Under the pieces are notes generated by a model. That model did not search any database and had not been told where the DNA came from. It saw nothing but the letters and a program-made list of their open reading frames with translations. A stretch of DNA of 64,000 nt, taken from positions 21,261-85,260 of the IMG/VR virus record IMGVR_UViG_3300005077_000026, one strand, 5' to 3'. Shown here in pieces: positions 9,090 to 18,455 of this stretch (position 1 is the first letter of the stretch; the number at the start of each line of letters is the position of its first letter). This DNA comes from a virus. Taxonomy: Duplodnaviria; Caudoviricetes. Position numbers and translations under genes: made by a program.

Positions 9090-10181
9090 GTGACTGAATT
9101 ACTACGAAGAAGGGAAACATCTGCACCAGCAGCAGCACCCGTGGCTCCAGCACCAAAGCCACAATCTCCAACAGCAAAATACATGAACAACTCCACCGAG
9201 TTCATCCCCACTGGAAGCACCCTGTTGAACTGTGCTATCTCGGACAATCCCTTCGGCGGGTACAAGATCGGGAAGATCGGGAATCTTGTGGGAGATAGCA
9301 GTGCAGGGAAGTCGATGCTGGCTGTTACCACTTTAGCTGAGGTAGCCCTATATTCCAAATTCGACAAGTTCCGTTTGATCTACGATGAGCCCGAAGCTGC
9401 AATGGAATTCAACATGAATCATCTGTTTGGGCATGACTTCGCGGATCGCGTTGAATTAGAATACACCTCGGATACCATCCAAGATTTTTACTCCAACTTG
9501 GTAAAGGTGATCAAAGCTGATCATCCCTTTATTTACATTCTGGATTCATTGGATACACTGACCGGAAGGGATGAACGGGTGCGCGCCGACAAGCTTGCCA
9601 CAAAGGGCATCGAAGATGGCAGCTACAAGTTGGAAAAGCAAAAGCTGCTGTCCGAACTACTCCGCGTCACTGCAAGAGATATCAAGGATGTAGAGGGGCT
9701 GCTCCTGATTGTTTCCCAAACAAGGGACAACATAGGCTTTGGGTACAAGGATAAAACCAGAAGTGGTGGGAGGGCCCTTGAGTTCTACAGTAGCTACGAG
9801 ATGTGGCTTTCTATCATGCAGACCATCAAAAAGATGGAGCGCAATGTCGGCGTTAACACCAGGATCAAAGTCAGCAAAAACAAGATGACGGGAAAGACCC
9901 GTGAAGTTCCAATTGAAATCTACTATGATTACGGTGTGGACGATATTGGAATGAATATCGACTTCTTGGTAGAAAGCAAGCACTGGGGAATGGTATCCAA
10001 GCAAACTATCGACGCCAAAGACTTCCAACTGTCTGGCACCCGCAAGACGATCATCAAGCACATTGAGGAGGATTACGGAAGGGAGCTGGAGCTAAGAAGG
10101 ATCGTAGGAGTTGTTTGGAACCAGATCGAGGAAGCCATCAAGCTGAACCGTGCTCCGAAGTATGAAAGGGGGAAACTATAA
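9090..10181 (+). CDS. recA: RecA/UvsX-like recombinase
   Basis: FIPTGSTLLNCAISD, Walker A GDSSAGKS, Walker B YILDSLD, SQTRD, SGGRALEFYSS, KVSKNK; GTG start after AGGAGG. Confidence 0.9.
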   Translation: MTELLRRRETSAPAAAPVAPAPKPQSPTAKYMNNSTEFIPTGSTLLNCAISDNPFGGYKIGKIGNLVGDSSAGKSMLAVTTLAEVALYSKFDKFRLIYDEPEAAMEFNMNHLFGHDFADRVELEYTSDTIQDFYSNLVKVIKADHPFIYILDSLDTLTGRDERVRADKLATKGIEDGSYKLEKQKLLSELLRVTARDIKDVEGLLLIVSQTRDNIGFGYKDKTRSGGRALEFYSSYEMWLSIMQTIKKMERNVGVNTRIKVSKNKMTGKTREVPIEIYYDYGVDDIGMNIDFLVESKHWGMVSKQTIDAKDFQLSGTRKTIIKHIEEDYGRELELRRIVGVVWNQIEEAIKLNRAPKYERGKL

Positions 10182-10182
10182 G

Positions 10183-10674
10183 ATGCACTACATTGGGATT
10201 GATCCCTCATTGACAGGATCCGCAGTGGTGGTAGTGATGGAGAACGGGGAGATTGCTTGCCAGAAGCTTTTTTCTACCACCAAAGCTGACAACTACGAAT
10301 GCCGAATGATCGATCTCGGCGTCAAGATCCTTGAGGTCGTCGGGAGCTACCGCTGCGGAGTCCCTGTTCACATTGAGGGGATTGCTTTCGGTGCAAGGGG
10401 TGCGTCGATTGCTGAGATGGCTGCCCTCAACTATCATCTTCGAATCTTGATGACGGAGCAGGGGATTACATTCAAGGTGGTACCTGCCACAGTCCTCAAG
10501 AAATTTATCTGTGGAAAGGGGAACGTAAAAAAGGAACAAATGCTGCTGCAGGTCTACAAGAAGTTTGGAATAGAATTCAAGGACAACAATTTGTGCGATG
10601 CTTACTGCCTCGCCCGGGTGGCGCTAAACGATTTCAAATCACCACCCATCATTGCTAAACGCAGAACGCTATAG
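10183..10674 (+). CDS. ruvC: RuvC-like Holliday junction resolvase
   Basis: IGIDPSLTGSAV, IEG, LKKFICGKGN.KK, DNNLCDAY. Confidence 0.85.
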   Translation: MHYIGIDPSLTGSAVVVVMENGEIACQKLFSTTKADNYECRMIDLGVKILEVVGSYRCGVPVHIEGIAFGARGASIAEMAALNYHLRILMTEQGITFKVVPATVLKKFICGKGNVKKEQMLLQVYKKFGIEFKDNNLCDAYCLARVALNDFKSPPIIAKRRTL

Positions 10675-10693
10675 GAAAGGAGGTGATATAGAC

Positions 10694-10891
10694 ATGGTGA
10701 CCATTCTCCAGATGATGATGGATCTTCGAAACGCGGTTGATTCTCACATTGCAGATGTGCAGAAGTTCGAGGAAAAGGACAACGCAGCGGCCGGCACCCG
10801 AGTCACTAAGGGCATGATGGATGTTAAGAAACGTGCCCAAGCGATTCGTGAAGCTGTTTTTGATCGCAAAAAGCCGACTGCCACTGAGTAG
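10694..10891 (+). CDS. histone H1-like Hc1-family small basic protein
   Basis: ADVQKFEEKDNAAAGTRVTKGMMDVKKRAQAIR resembles the Hc1 pattern KF..KGN.AAGTR.RK. Confidence 0.7.
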   Translation: MVTILQMMMDLRNAVDSHIADVQKFEEKDNAAAGTRVTKGMMDVKKRAQAIREAVFDRKKPTATE

Positions 10892-10912
10892 TGCTGCTGA
10901 TGATTGAGCGAA

Positions 10913-10938
10913 TGGGGGAGCCGCTTCAGGCTCCCCCA
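10913..10938. other. GC-rich intergenic hairpin
   Basis: TGGGGGAGCC/GGCTCCCCCA is a perfect 10-bp stem with a 6-nt loop; no clear U-tract, so terminator function is uncertain. Confidence 0.5.
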
Positions 10939-10957
10939 ATTAAAAAGGATGGACCAA

Positions 10958-11290
10958 ATGAAACTCCTTACCCTAATAGGGCTGCTTTGTTTGATGCTCA
11001 TTGCCTGCTCTCCAAGAACTTATAACTTCCACGTCTGGCAGAACGGTAACAAGCAGTTTCAGTACCAGGAGACTGTGGGAGAAGATGGAAAGGTGATTCA
11101 GAAAAAGTGGGGTGTTGTCGAGTCCTACAACAAACAGGAGCAAAAAGGGAAAGATTCCCACTCTCTTGTCGAGGGACGGAGTGGAGCGTATGAATCGGGC
11201 ACTCAGGTTGTGAACGTTTTTGTAACGGCTGCTTCCGAGCATCCCCTGTCAGTGACCACCGATGCTTCTTTCCCCCTTTCCCCCTTTTGA
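10958..11290 (+). CDS. putative lipoprotein
   Basis: MKLLTLIGLLCLMLIA-C signal with lipobox. Confidence 0.6.
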   Translation: MKLLTLIGLLCLMLIACSPRTYNFHVWQNGNKQFQYQETVGEDGKVIQKKWGVVESYNKQEQKGKDSHSLVEGRSGAYESGTQVVNVFVTAASEHPLSVTTDASFPLSPF

Positions 11291-11302
11291 AGTGGGGGCA
11301 CC

Positions 11303-11530
11303 ATGTTCGCCGTGACTGAAAAACTTAGGAAAGACTTAGACACATTCAGAGCCCGACATGGGAGTCTTAGAGACCAGTCGATGACTTCTGGACTCGATAT
11401 ACAGACTCGGATGGGCATGTCACTAAAATCCGAATATTGCAGAGGGATGGCTGACGGGATTCGTTTGGCCATTGAAAAGATAGCTCAGACGATGAGAGAA
11501 GAAGTCGCAGCTAAAGGTGCCCGAAAATGA
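11303..11530 (+). CDS. hypothetical protein
   Basis: 75-aa ORF coupled to the next gene. Confidence 0.55.
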   Translation: MFAVTEKLRKDLDTFRARHGSLRDQSMTSGLDIQTRMGMSLKSEYCRGMADGIRLAIEKIAQTMREEVAAKGARK

Positions 11531-12642
11531 TCCTCAAGACCCTTGAACTTGAAGAATTCCAGTGCCACCGTCACAGCATTCTTGAATTTTCCCCCGGTGT
11601 GAACGTGATCAAGGGGACTTCTCACAGCGGGAAGTCCTCCATCATTAGGGCCCTTCGATGGGCCCTGTTCAACGAGCCGAGGGGCCTGAATCATAAACCT
11701 TTTAGAAAACCCGCTTCCACATTAACCACAGTAGGGGTGGAGTTCGAAGAGGGCACTTACATTGTCAGAAAGAGGAGTTCGGGGGAAAACAGCTATGACG
11801 CTAATGGCACTGAGATTGAAGCCATGCGCTCCGACCTCCCAGAAGAAATATCCCAAATAACCCAAATGACCCCACTGAATTTGCAGATTCAGGAGGACTT
11901 CTTCTTCCTATTCAATGAATCTGCAGGGGCGGTGGCAAGAATGCTCAACGAGCATGTGGGGCTGGAAATAATTGATTCCACCCTGTCCCGTTCGAATGAG
12001 ATCGTCAACGAAACAAGGCGCCAGCTGTCCCAGTCCTTGCAAAAGATTCAGGAGACAGAGGAGGAGCTAAAGAAGTACGAGGGACTGAATCGGTGTGAGG
12101 AAAGTATCAGCAAGCTGGATGCTTTGGAGAAGAAAAGAGAGGCTCTGCATCAGCACCGATCACAACTCGATTACAAGATCAAAGAATTGCTGGTACTCAA
12201 CTTAAAGCTTGACAAATACAAAGCAGTTGTGAGATTTAAGAGTGATCTTAGCAGAGTCAAGGGATTACTGGACAGCTGGCAGAAAGGGGCCCAGAGACTT
12301 GAGGTTCTTAACAAGATTGTTAGAGAGTTAGAGGTTGACTCAGAAAGATTCACCCTTCTCAAGTCCAGGCATCTGAAGCTCAAGCGCATTTATGAAGCAA
12401 AGATATTACCTAATGTACCAAGGTACCGTTCTCTCTTGCTTGACTATGAAGCAAAGCGGAAACGACTTTACAGCATTCAGAACGAAACAGAACGCTGCAT
12501 CAGACTTAAGGAGAACTTGGAGATTAAACTATCCAATCTGAGTGCTATGAGAGACAAGCTGCTGAAAGAAAAGCCTCAGGAATTCTGTCCCCAGTGCGGA
12601 GCCGAAAAGCAGTATTGGAGGAAAGATGTTCGACAAGCATGA
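11527..12642 (+). CDS. sbcC: SbcC/Rad50 (gp46-like) ATPase, N-terminal half ending in a zinc hook
   Basis: LELEEFQCH, Walker A GTSHSGKSS, Q-loop region LQIQED, coiled coil, terminal CPQCG; no Walker B in this ORF. Confidence 0.85.
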   Translation: MILKTLELEEFQCHRHSILEFSPGVNVIKGTSHSGKSSIIRALRWALFNEPRGLNHKPFRKPASTLTTVGVEFEEGTYIVRKRSSGENSYDANGTEIEAMRSDLPEEISQITQMTPLNLQIQEDFFFLFNESAGAVARMLNEHVGLEIIDSTLSRSNEIVNETRRQLSQSLQKIQETEEELKKYEGLNRCEESISKLDALEKKREALHQHRSQLDYKIKELLVLNLKLDKYKAVVRFKSDLSRVKGLLDSWQKGAQRLEVLNKIVRELEVDSERFTLLKSRHLKLKRIYEAKILPNVPRYRSLLLDYEAKRKRLYSIQNETERCIRLKENLEIKLSNLSAMRDKLLKEKPQEFCPQCGAEKQYWRKDVRQA

Positions 12643-13000
12643 ACCAAATCCTGACATTCTTTTCAACGATACAGCCAGTATGAAGATCGGTGATAATGTA
12701 AAGGTCACCTTGGAATCAGGAGATGGTGTTGTTATCTCCTTTATTGCCAACAATGTCTCCCTGTCTTGCAATCAGGATTTTATAGAACTGGGATTCCCAG
12801 TATGCAAAAATGTGAAGAATGGATTCCCTACTGGTACCATTAACTTTACATATAAGGACGTTAAGTTCCAACAACTGCACAAGAAAGGAAAACGTAATGC
12901 CAGCGAATCTCAGAAGAATCGTTCTTACAAACCAGTTTCCCGACGACCCCAAATCCACCGCACTCTTAAAAGATTTGTACGAAAAGTTCCTACGCCATGA
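12626..13000 (+). CDS. hypothetical protein
   Basis: GGAGGA before the ATG, but overlaps the next ORF by about 100 nt. Confidence 0.4.
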   Translation: MFDKHEPNPDILFNDTASMKIGDNVKVTLESGDGVVISFIANNVSLSCNQDFIELGFPVCKNVKNGFPTGTINFTYKDVKFQQLHKKGKRNASESQKNRSYKPVSRRPQIHRTLKRFVRKVPTP

Positions 13001-13481
13001 CACAGAGTGGCACTTCTTCTGGGAAGCGGGGACGGTCTACATTCGGATGCAAAATAACCCGATGCTCCAGAAGATGGTCAGGCACCTAAAGGAAGTCGGT
13101 GTTGCCTCCTTAGTTGATGATCAAGACTGGGTAGACAACATTCCCATCACGCAGGAGTTCCAGAGTGCCTTTCAGTCAATCTTTCATGGCTTCTCTGTTA
13201 TTGCTATGCAGTTAGAGGGGAAGGAACCGCCAGAGAAAACCATGAAGTACTTCCAGCTTCTGGAGCGAATCCATCACTGCTTCATCAACATGAATGCCCA
13301 CAGCGGGATCACTCTTGAACACGCTATAGATGAATTCGGAAGATCGTTTGGTCCTACTATGGGGGAGCCGATGGCTCTGCTTCTGATGGTCTTCCGATCT
13401 GTTTTCTATTCTGGGTGTGGTCTGGGGTGGAACAGTGCCATTACCAAAATGAATAAACCTGAATCCGATGATCTAAAATAG
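12897..13481 (+). CDS. hypothetical protein
   Basis: AAAGGA before ATG 12897; 194 aa. Confidence 0.6.
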   Translation: MPANLRRIVLTNQFPDDPKSTALLKDLYEKFLRHDTEWHFFWEAGTVYIRMQNNPMLQKMVRHLKEVGVASLVDDQDWVDNIPITQEFQSAFQSIFHGFSVIAMQLEGKEPPEKTMKYFQLLERIHHCFINMNAHSGITLEHAIDEFGRSFGPTMGEPMALLLMVFRSVFYSGCGLGWNSAITKMNKPESDDLK

Positions 13482-13489
13482 GGGGAAAA

Positions 13490-14005
13490 ATGAGTAGAAA
13501 CAGAGTGCCCAAGAGCCAAATTGTCATTAAAGAGATAGAGCGAGTTTTCAGTGTTTGGAATCCGAATGAACAGAAAATGGAAGACCAAACACACCTGATC
13601 GAGATGAAAACCTACTACCTAAGGCACCCGAAAACCAACAGATGGGGTGGAGAAGCCAACAAAGAAAAGTCGGGAAAGCCCTTCGCCACTGTTGTTCTTG
13701 TGTATGAGAATGGAAAGTTCTGTAGAGGAATCTCCTTTTGTTCCCGATCCGATCAGTTTTGCAAAAAGGTGGGGAGGAGCATTGCAGAAACCAGAGCACT
13801 CCATGCCCTTATTCAGCTTCCTGAAGCAGAAAACCAGCACCTGCCAATAGATAGTCCAAGAGTGGTAGATATCCTTCCAGATGATACCTACTACAATTTG
13901 GACGAGCTATCAGAAAAGATAATGAGGAATGTAGTTTGTTTCAAATCAGAAAGAAACGTCCAGCTAACCGAGTTCGAAAAGAAACTGTTCAGGATCGACA
14001 AATGA
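13490..14005 (+). CDS. hypothetical phage protein
   Basis: 171 aa with RGISFCSRSDQFCKKVGRSIA; coupled to sbcD. Confidence 0.6.
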   Translation: MSRNRVPKSQIVIKEIERVFSVWNPNEQKMEDQTHLIEMKTYYLRHPKTNRWGGEANKEKSGKPFATVVLVYENGKFCRGISFCSRSDQFCKKVGRSIAETRALHALIQLPEAENQHLPIDSPRVVDILPDDTYYNLDELSEKIMRNVVCFKSERNVQLTEFEKKLFRIDK

Positions 14006-14934
14006 GATATCTTCTGACAGGTGATTGGCACCTGACCGATCGGCAGCCGAAGTTCCGAAAGGACAACTTCTTGGAGACTCAGAAGGAGAAGTTGTCCTTC
14101 ATTCTGAATCTGGCAAAACAGCGGGACGCAATCATCCTGCAGCCAGGGGACTTCTTTGACAGTCACAAGGCTTCTTACTTTCTGGTGGATGAAATATTGG
14201 CACTGCTAAAACGATTCTCCCCGCTGGCCGGCATTTATACAGTGTACGGGCAGCATGACCTACGATTCCACAAATCGGACACCAAGAACACACCCCTCAA
14301 TCTTCTCATAAATGCTTTTGACCACTTGTTCTACGGTCACATGGTAGGTAGACACTTCATGGGGATTGATCTTTACAGCATTAGCTGGAATGAAGAAATT
14401 CCCAAACCACAGAAATCAGACCGTAAAAATGTGCTGCTGCTGCACAGGATGATCTATGAGGAGAAGTCCTACCCAGGACAGGAAGCTCAGGGGGATTCTG
14501 CTAACATCTTTCTCCGAAAACACCCACAGTTTGATCTTGTAGTCAGCGGAGACAACCACAAATCGTTCACAGCAAAGGTGGGGGATAGATGGCTGGTTAA
14601 CTGTGGAGCTTTGCTGCGAACCTCTATCGATATGAAGGATCATAGACCCCACTGCTATATCTATGACTCAGACTTCAATACTTTAGAACAAGTCGATATC
14701 CCCTGCAAGCCTTTCTCCGAAGTCTTCAACTTTGAGCAACATGAGTTGGAGAAGAAGGTAAGCAATGAAAAGCTGGAAGCCTATGTAAGGTCACTCACTA
14801 CAAAAGACTCTCCAGTGAATCTCAACTTCCCGAAGGTGATGAGGGAGAAGATTGAGGAGGCAAGGGAGAAGTTGGACCCAGGTGTCATAACCATTCTTGA
14901 GGAGATCATGGGCGATGGTATCCAGACACGGTAA
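14002..14934 (+). CDS. sbcD: SbcD/Mre11 (gp47-like) metallophosphoesterase nuclease
   Basis: GDWH, GDFFD, GQHD, LLLH, SGDNH motifs. Confidence 0.88.
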   Translation: MRYLLTGDWHLTDRQPKFRKDNFLETQKEKLSFILNLAKQRDAIILQPGDFFDSHKASYFLVDEILALLKRFSPLAGIYTVYGQHDLRFHKSDTKNTPLNLLINAFDHLFYGHMVGRHFMGIDLYSISWNEEIPKPQKSDRKNVLLLHRMIYEEKSYPGQEAQGDSANIFLRKHPQFDLVVSGDNHKSFTAKVGDRWLVNCGALLRTSIDMKDHRPHCYIYDSDFNTLEQVDIPCKPFSEVFNFEQHELEKKVSNEKLEAYVRSLTTKDSPVNLNFPKVMREKIEEAREKLDPGVITILEEIMGDGIQTR

Positions 14935-14935
14935 C

Positions 14936-15229
14936 ATGCACTTCAACATTGAACGGGATGGTGGAAAAATGGAAAAAGTCTCTGTACCTTTTCAGGTTGT
15001 GGGAAAGGATGTTCTCTGGTTCATTGAGGACGCCATTATCAGAGTCCACAAGCAATCAGGGAAATACCCAGGCGTCCTGACTGTCTCCGACGATATGGAC
15101 AAACGGATCAGAAAGTGTGTACAGAAAAGGACGGGGATTGCAGTCATTGGTCCTATGCAGAAAATCTATGGACTCAGATATGAAGTTGACCCTATGCTGC
15201 CTGAAGGCAGGGCGGTGGTTCACGATTAG
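14936..15229 (+). CDS. hypothetical protein
   Basis: ORF filling the gap in the operon; start uncertain (14936 or 14969). Confidence 0.5.
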   Translation: MHFNIERDGGKMEKVSVPFQVVGKDVLWFIEDAIIRVHKQSGKYPGVLTVSDDMDKRIRKCVQKRTGIAVIGPMQKIYGLRYEVDPMLPEGRAVVHD

Positions 15230-15237
15230 GAGGAAAC

Positions 15238-15486
15238 ATGATCCTGCAAAAGATTGACCAATTGGAAAAGCAGATCAGAGAGGCGGAGACGGAGAAGATA
15301 TCCTTGGAAGCAAGGATCAAGCTGCTGAATGAGCAACTATCTTCCGAGTTCAAAGTCTCCACAGTTGAGGAAGCCCGAGAACTTCTCTCCGACATGGATA
15401 AGGAGATAAAGGGGCTGGAAGAAGTCTTCCAGGACGAATTCAAAAGGCTGGAGACTGAAGTGGTCCCCTTTCTGAATGGGAGATAA
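15238..15486 (+). CDS. coiled-coil protein, possible third fragment of split SbcC
   Basis: 82 aa of heptad-like E/K/L-rich helix directly upstream of the SbcC C-terminal half. Confidence 0.6.
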   Translation: MILQKIDQLEKQIREAETEKISLEARIKLLNEQLSSEFKVSTVEEARELLSDMDKEIKGLEEVFQDEFKRLETEVVPFLNGR

Positions 15487-15487
15487 A

Positions 15488-16087
15488 ATGAACCTCCAAC
15501 GCATCAAGGATGAAGTCACCCGGCTTGCTAAGATCCGAGACTTCCACCGCTATAACCTATCGACTCTGCAAACAGACAAGCAAAGACTTGAACAGAGACT
15601 GGATCATGCGGTCCAAGCGAGGACCTTCATTCAGACAGTGGCAACAGAAGTGCAACGCAACTTAGAAACGCATATTTCTTCCGTCGTCACCCTTGCCCTC
15701 TCTACTGTCATCCCCGACCCGATTGAGTTCGTTGTGAGATTCGAACAGAGGAGGGGAAGGACGGAATGTGATTTATTGTTTAGAGAGCAGGAGGAAAACT
15801 ATCGCCCCCTTGATGGCAGCGGGTTTGGTGCTTTGGACGTGGCTTCTTCTGCAATGAGGTTTGTCTTTTGGAGCCTGAAGCGCAATCGACCTGTTATCAT
15901 CATGGATGAGCCCTTCAGGAATGTTTCTCCCGATCTCCATGAAAGACTCTCTGAAATGCTGCAAATGATCAGCAAGGATTTGGGATTGCAGATCATCATG
16001 GTGTCCCACAGTGAGGATGTCAATGTCAGAGCGGATAAGACATTCAACGTCAAAAGAGAAGGACGATGGAGCCGGGTGGAGTCGTGA
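15488..16087 (+). CDS. sbcC: SbcC/Rad50 ATPase, C-terminal half
   Basis: Signature-like LDGSGFG, Walker B IIMDEPF, H-loop MVSH; no Walker A. Confidence 0.85.
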   Translation: MNLQRIKDEVTRLAKIRDFHRYNLSTLQTDKQRLEQRLDHAVQARTFIQTVATEVQRNLETHISSVVTLALSTVIPDPIEFVVRFEQRRGRTECDLLFREQEENYRPLDGSGFGALDVASSAMRFVFWSLKRNRPVIIMDEPFRNVSPDLHERLSEMLQMISKDLGLQIIMVSHSEDVNVRADKTFNVKREGRWSRVES

Positions 16088-16088
16088 G

Positions 16089-16301
16089 ATGGAAAAAGAA
16101 CTAGTGGAGTTGGATGATCGCAGGTTTCGGAAGGTGCCTTTTGTGCCCAAAACCAAAGCCAAGATATGCGAGATTTGTCGTTCTCGACCAGTTCCAAAGG
16201 GCCCTATAAGAGGCTGCATACTGACAAGAATGTGTGAGGTGTGTTGGTCAGAAGGACTGACAGTGTACGAGGATGAGTGTGCATTGGTCTACGAGGTTTA
16301 A
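16089..16301 (+). CDS. small zinc-finger-like protein
   Basis: CEIC and CEVC. Confidence 0.5.
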   Translation: MEKELVELDDRRFRKVPFVPKTKAKICEICRSRPVPKGPIRGCILTRMCEVCWSEGLTVYEDECALVYEV

Positions 16302-16408
16302 CAGCTTGGCGCAGCGGTGTGTCAGCGCCGGGTATGATGGAAGAGTGTAGAAGGTAGGAGCCGGGTGGGGAATCCGGTTTGCGCCAACAGCAGCGGGAGG
16401 GACGAAGG

Positions 16409-16552
16409 ATGGAACTCAGATGGCACCAAACATATAATAAACACGGTTTAAAAACTGAACCAACTCTACAATATAGAGAATCAGATGATGAGAAATGGAA
16501 GGAGGTTAGGTTGGTATGCGTTCCAGAACATTTAGTAGATGACGTTGAATAG
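16409..16552 (+). CDS. small hypothetical protein (47 aa, below the ORF-track cutoff)
   Basis: GGGAGG upstream; MELRWHQTYNKHGLKTEPTLQYRESDDEKWKEVRLVCVPEHLVDDVE. Confidence 0.45.
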   Translation: MELRWHQTYNKHGLKTEPTLQYRESDDEKWKEVRLVCVPEHLVDDVE

Positions 16553-16593
16553 CCACCCATCATCGGCGGCATGATGCCGCTAAGGAGAACATC

Positions 16594-16800
16594 ATGCTAA
16601 CTCACATTCACCCAGCAAGCCCAACGCACAAGATGCAGATCCTAAAAAACGACGAAGGCATTTATGAAGTGTATTGTCCCGAGTGCGGCAGGCACCTAAT
16701 CATTACAGACAAAATGCACACTGTCCATCACGGAAACCAGCTTGCGAATCACACGGCCGGTATGCTTCCGGTCAAAACAGGCACGGAAGCGCAGCCGTAG
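16594..16800 (+). CDS. small zinc-ribbon protein
   Basis: AAGGAG SD; CPECG. Confidence 0.5.
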   Translation: MLTHIHPASPTHKMQILKNDEGIYEVYCPECGRHLIITDKMHTVHHGNQLANHTAGMLPVKTGTEAQP

Positions 16801-16866
16801 GAGGGCGCGATGATTTCATCTAAAACAGCCTATTGGGGAAACGGCCTGCGGGCCGTGGGAGGGGAA

Positions 16867-17049
16867 ATGACTCAAAATAGGAAAATTGATTTGCCATCAT
16901 ATTGCTGTCCACATAACGGATGGTTCAAGCAAGAAGATCGAAACTGCGACCATGATTTTGATCCAGAATCAAAACATGAAGAACCGGAGTATGTATGCTG
17001 GACCTGCACAAAATGTGGCGGGAAAAGATGCTATGAAATTTACCAATAG
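16867..17049 (+). CDS. small Cys/His-rich protein
   Basis: CDH...CWTCTKCG. Confidence 0.5.
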   Translation: MTQNRKIDLPSYCCPHNGWFKQEDRNCDHDFDPESKHEEPEYVCWTCTKCGGKRCYEIYQ

Positions 17050-17065
17050 ATTCGTGGGAGGGGAG

Positions 17066-17419
17066 ATGGAAGCGATTAAAGCAAATCAAATTGTCCATGA
17101 TGTACTTAGCATCATATTGGACGACGACACAGAATACTACCCCGCCGCCGATGCCGACGCCAAGATTGCTAAACTCACATCCGAACGCGACCAGGCCATC
17201 CGCGAGTTGGGCCAGCTGGGAAAGGAGTTGGGAGCGTGTCAGCACAAGGTTGACGTTCTCAACGAAGACCTGACGCGCTGCCAGGAGGCCAAGGCGAAGT
17301 ATTGCGATAAGATAATTGGTCTTGAAGTGGAGGTGGAGCGGTTGAAAGAAGAAATAAGAACCGCAAAAAAGAAAGAAATGATGACTTGGGATGATGGCTT
17401 TGGTCAGCCAGGAAATTAA
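17066..17419 (+). CDS. coiled-coil hypothetical protein
   Basis: GGGAG SD; heptad-rich sequence. Confidence 0.5.
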   Translation: MEAIKANQIVHDVLSIILDDDTEYYPAADADAKIAKLTSERDQAIRELGQLGKELGACQHKVDVLNEDLTRCQEAKAKYCDKIIGLEVEVERLKEEIRTAKKKEMMTWDDGFGQPGN

Positions 17420-17442
17420 GGCACTCGGAGGGAGGTAGCGAG

Positions 17443-17961
17443 ATGGCTGGTGATATAAATTTACATGATTTACACGAGTTGATAACTGCTCAAAAAGGAC
17501 ATCCAACAAGCCGTATTATAAAGCAACTCCAGGCCGATAACGCCGCCCTGCTCTTGGAGCGGAATCAACTTTTAGATGGAGTAAAGTACTGGACAAAACA
17601 ATCAGCAGACTTGTTCAAACAGTTAGAAGATGTCGACAGAGACAACGCCGCACTACGAGAACAATTGGAACTGTCTGCTAAATCATACGATGCAAACAAG
17701 CAAGGGTGGGAAGCTGATATAGAAGACCTGCGTTCTGAGATTGAAGCATGGAAGGATAGATATACAGGAGCCATGCAGATGCTTGAAAAGGAGAAAAAAG
17801 AATCTCACGCCCTGCGCCAACGGCTGGCGCGGCTGGTGGAGAAAGCTCAAGAAGCTAAAGAAGAACTTGAGTATGATATTTTAAATGGATTTGCTATTGA
17901 AATTTTAACTAAAGCCATTGCCGACGCGAAGAGAATTAAGAAGCCAACTGACCTGCCGTAA
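17443..17961 (+). CDS. coiled-coil hypothetical protein
   Basis: GGAGG SD; last + strand gene before the convergence point. Confidence 0.55.
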   Translation: MAGDINLHDLHELITAQKGHPTSRIIKQLQADNAALLLERNQLLDGVKYWTKQSADLFKQLEDVDRDNAALREQLELSAKSYDANKQGWEADIEDLRSEIEAWKDRYTGAMQMLEKEKKESHALRQRLARLVEKAQEAKEELEYDILNGFAIEILTKAIADAKRIKKPTDLP

Positions 17962-18125
17962 GTTCAGATTGAGCGAATTATCCTGGCTCTGTGGGATATC
18001 GTCAAATCGGTAGATACGCGAACAGGCAAGTTGGCTTCCACCCTCCCCCCTCCCAGCAGTAAACCAGACAACCCAGAGCCTTTGGCTGCCTCCTTACCTC
18101 GGCCCTTGCTGGAAGCCACAAAACT

Positions 18126-18455
18126 TCAGGGAACCTTTTTCTTTTCAATCTCCAACTGCTGCTTCTTTAACTCAAGATTTGCTTCCATCAGGGTGATCTT
18201 TTGATCAGAGCGGCGCTTCAGATACGCCCAAGTCAGACCGAAAAGACCCCCAATGGGAGCAAGGTTCCCGATAAGGTTTTTGATTGCCTCGATCAAGGCG
18301 GGAATGGACTCCGTGGTCTTCTGAATGTTATCGGCTGCCACAATGACTTTCTCTGGGGTTAGCCACCCCTTCAGCACCGAATAAGCGAATAGGCAGCAAA
18401 CAACGATCAGAATAAACTCTCGGCTGAGGTACTTGGCAATCAGCTCCCTGAGCAT
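18126..18455 (-). CDS. holin-like membrane protein
   Basis: Two hydrophobic segments and a basic C-terminus; last gene of the late operon. Confidence 0.45.
   Translation of the reverse strand: MLRELIAKYLSREFILIVVCCLFAYSVLKGWLTPEKVIVAADNIQKTTESIPALIEAIKNLIGNLAPIGGLFGLTWAYLKRRSDQKITLMEANLELKKQQLEIEKKKVP

Noticed and set aside
10183-10674. TnpB/Cas12-like RuvC nuclease
   Set aside because: Only 163 aa, no zinc finger or REC/WED region; motifs and context fit a Holliday-junction resolvase.
16308-16386. tRNA gene (79 nt, 7-bp acceptor-like stem GGCGCAG/TTGCGCC plus A, and GAATCCGGT)
   Set aside because: No TTC in the T-loop (9-nt loop), no anticodon stem, no convincing D-arm and no CCA. At most a degenerate hairpin element; tRNAscan-SE or ARAGORN would settle it.
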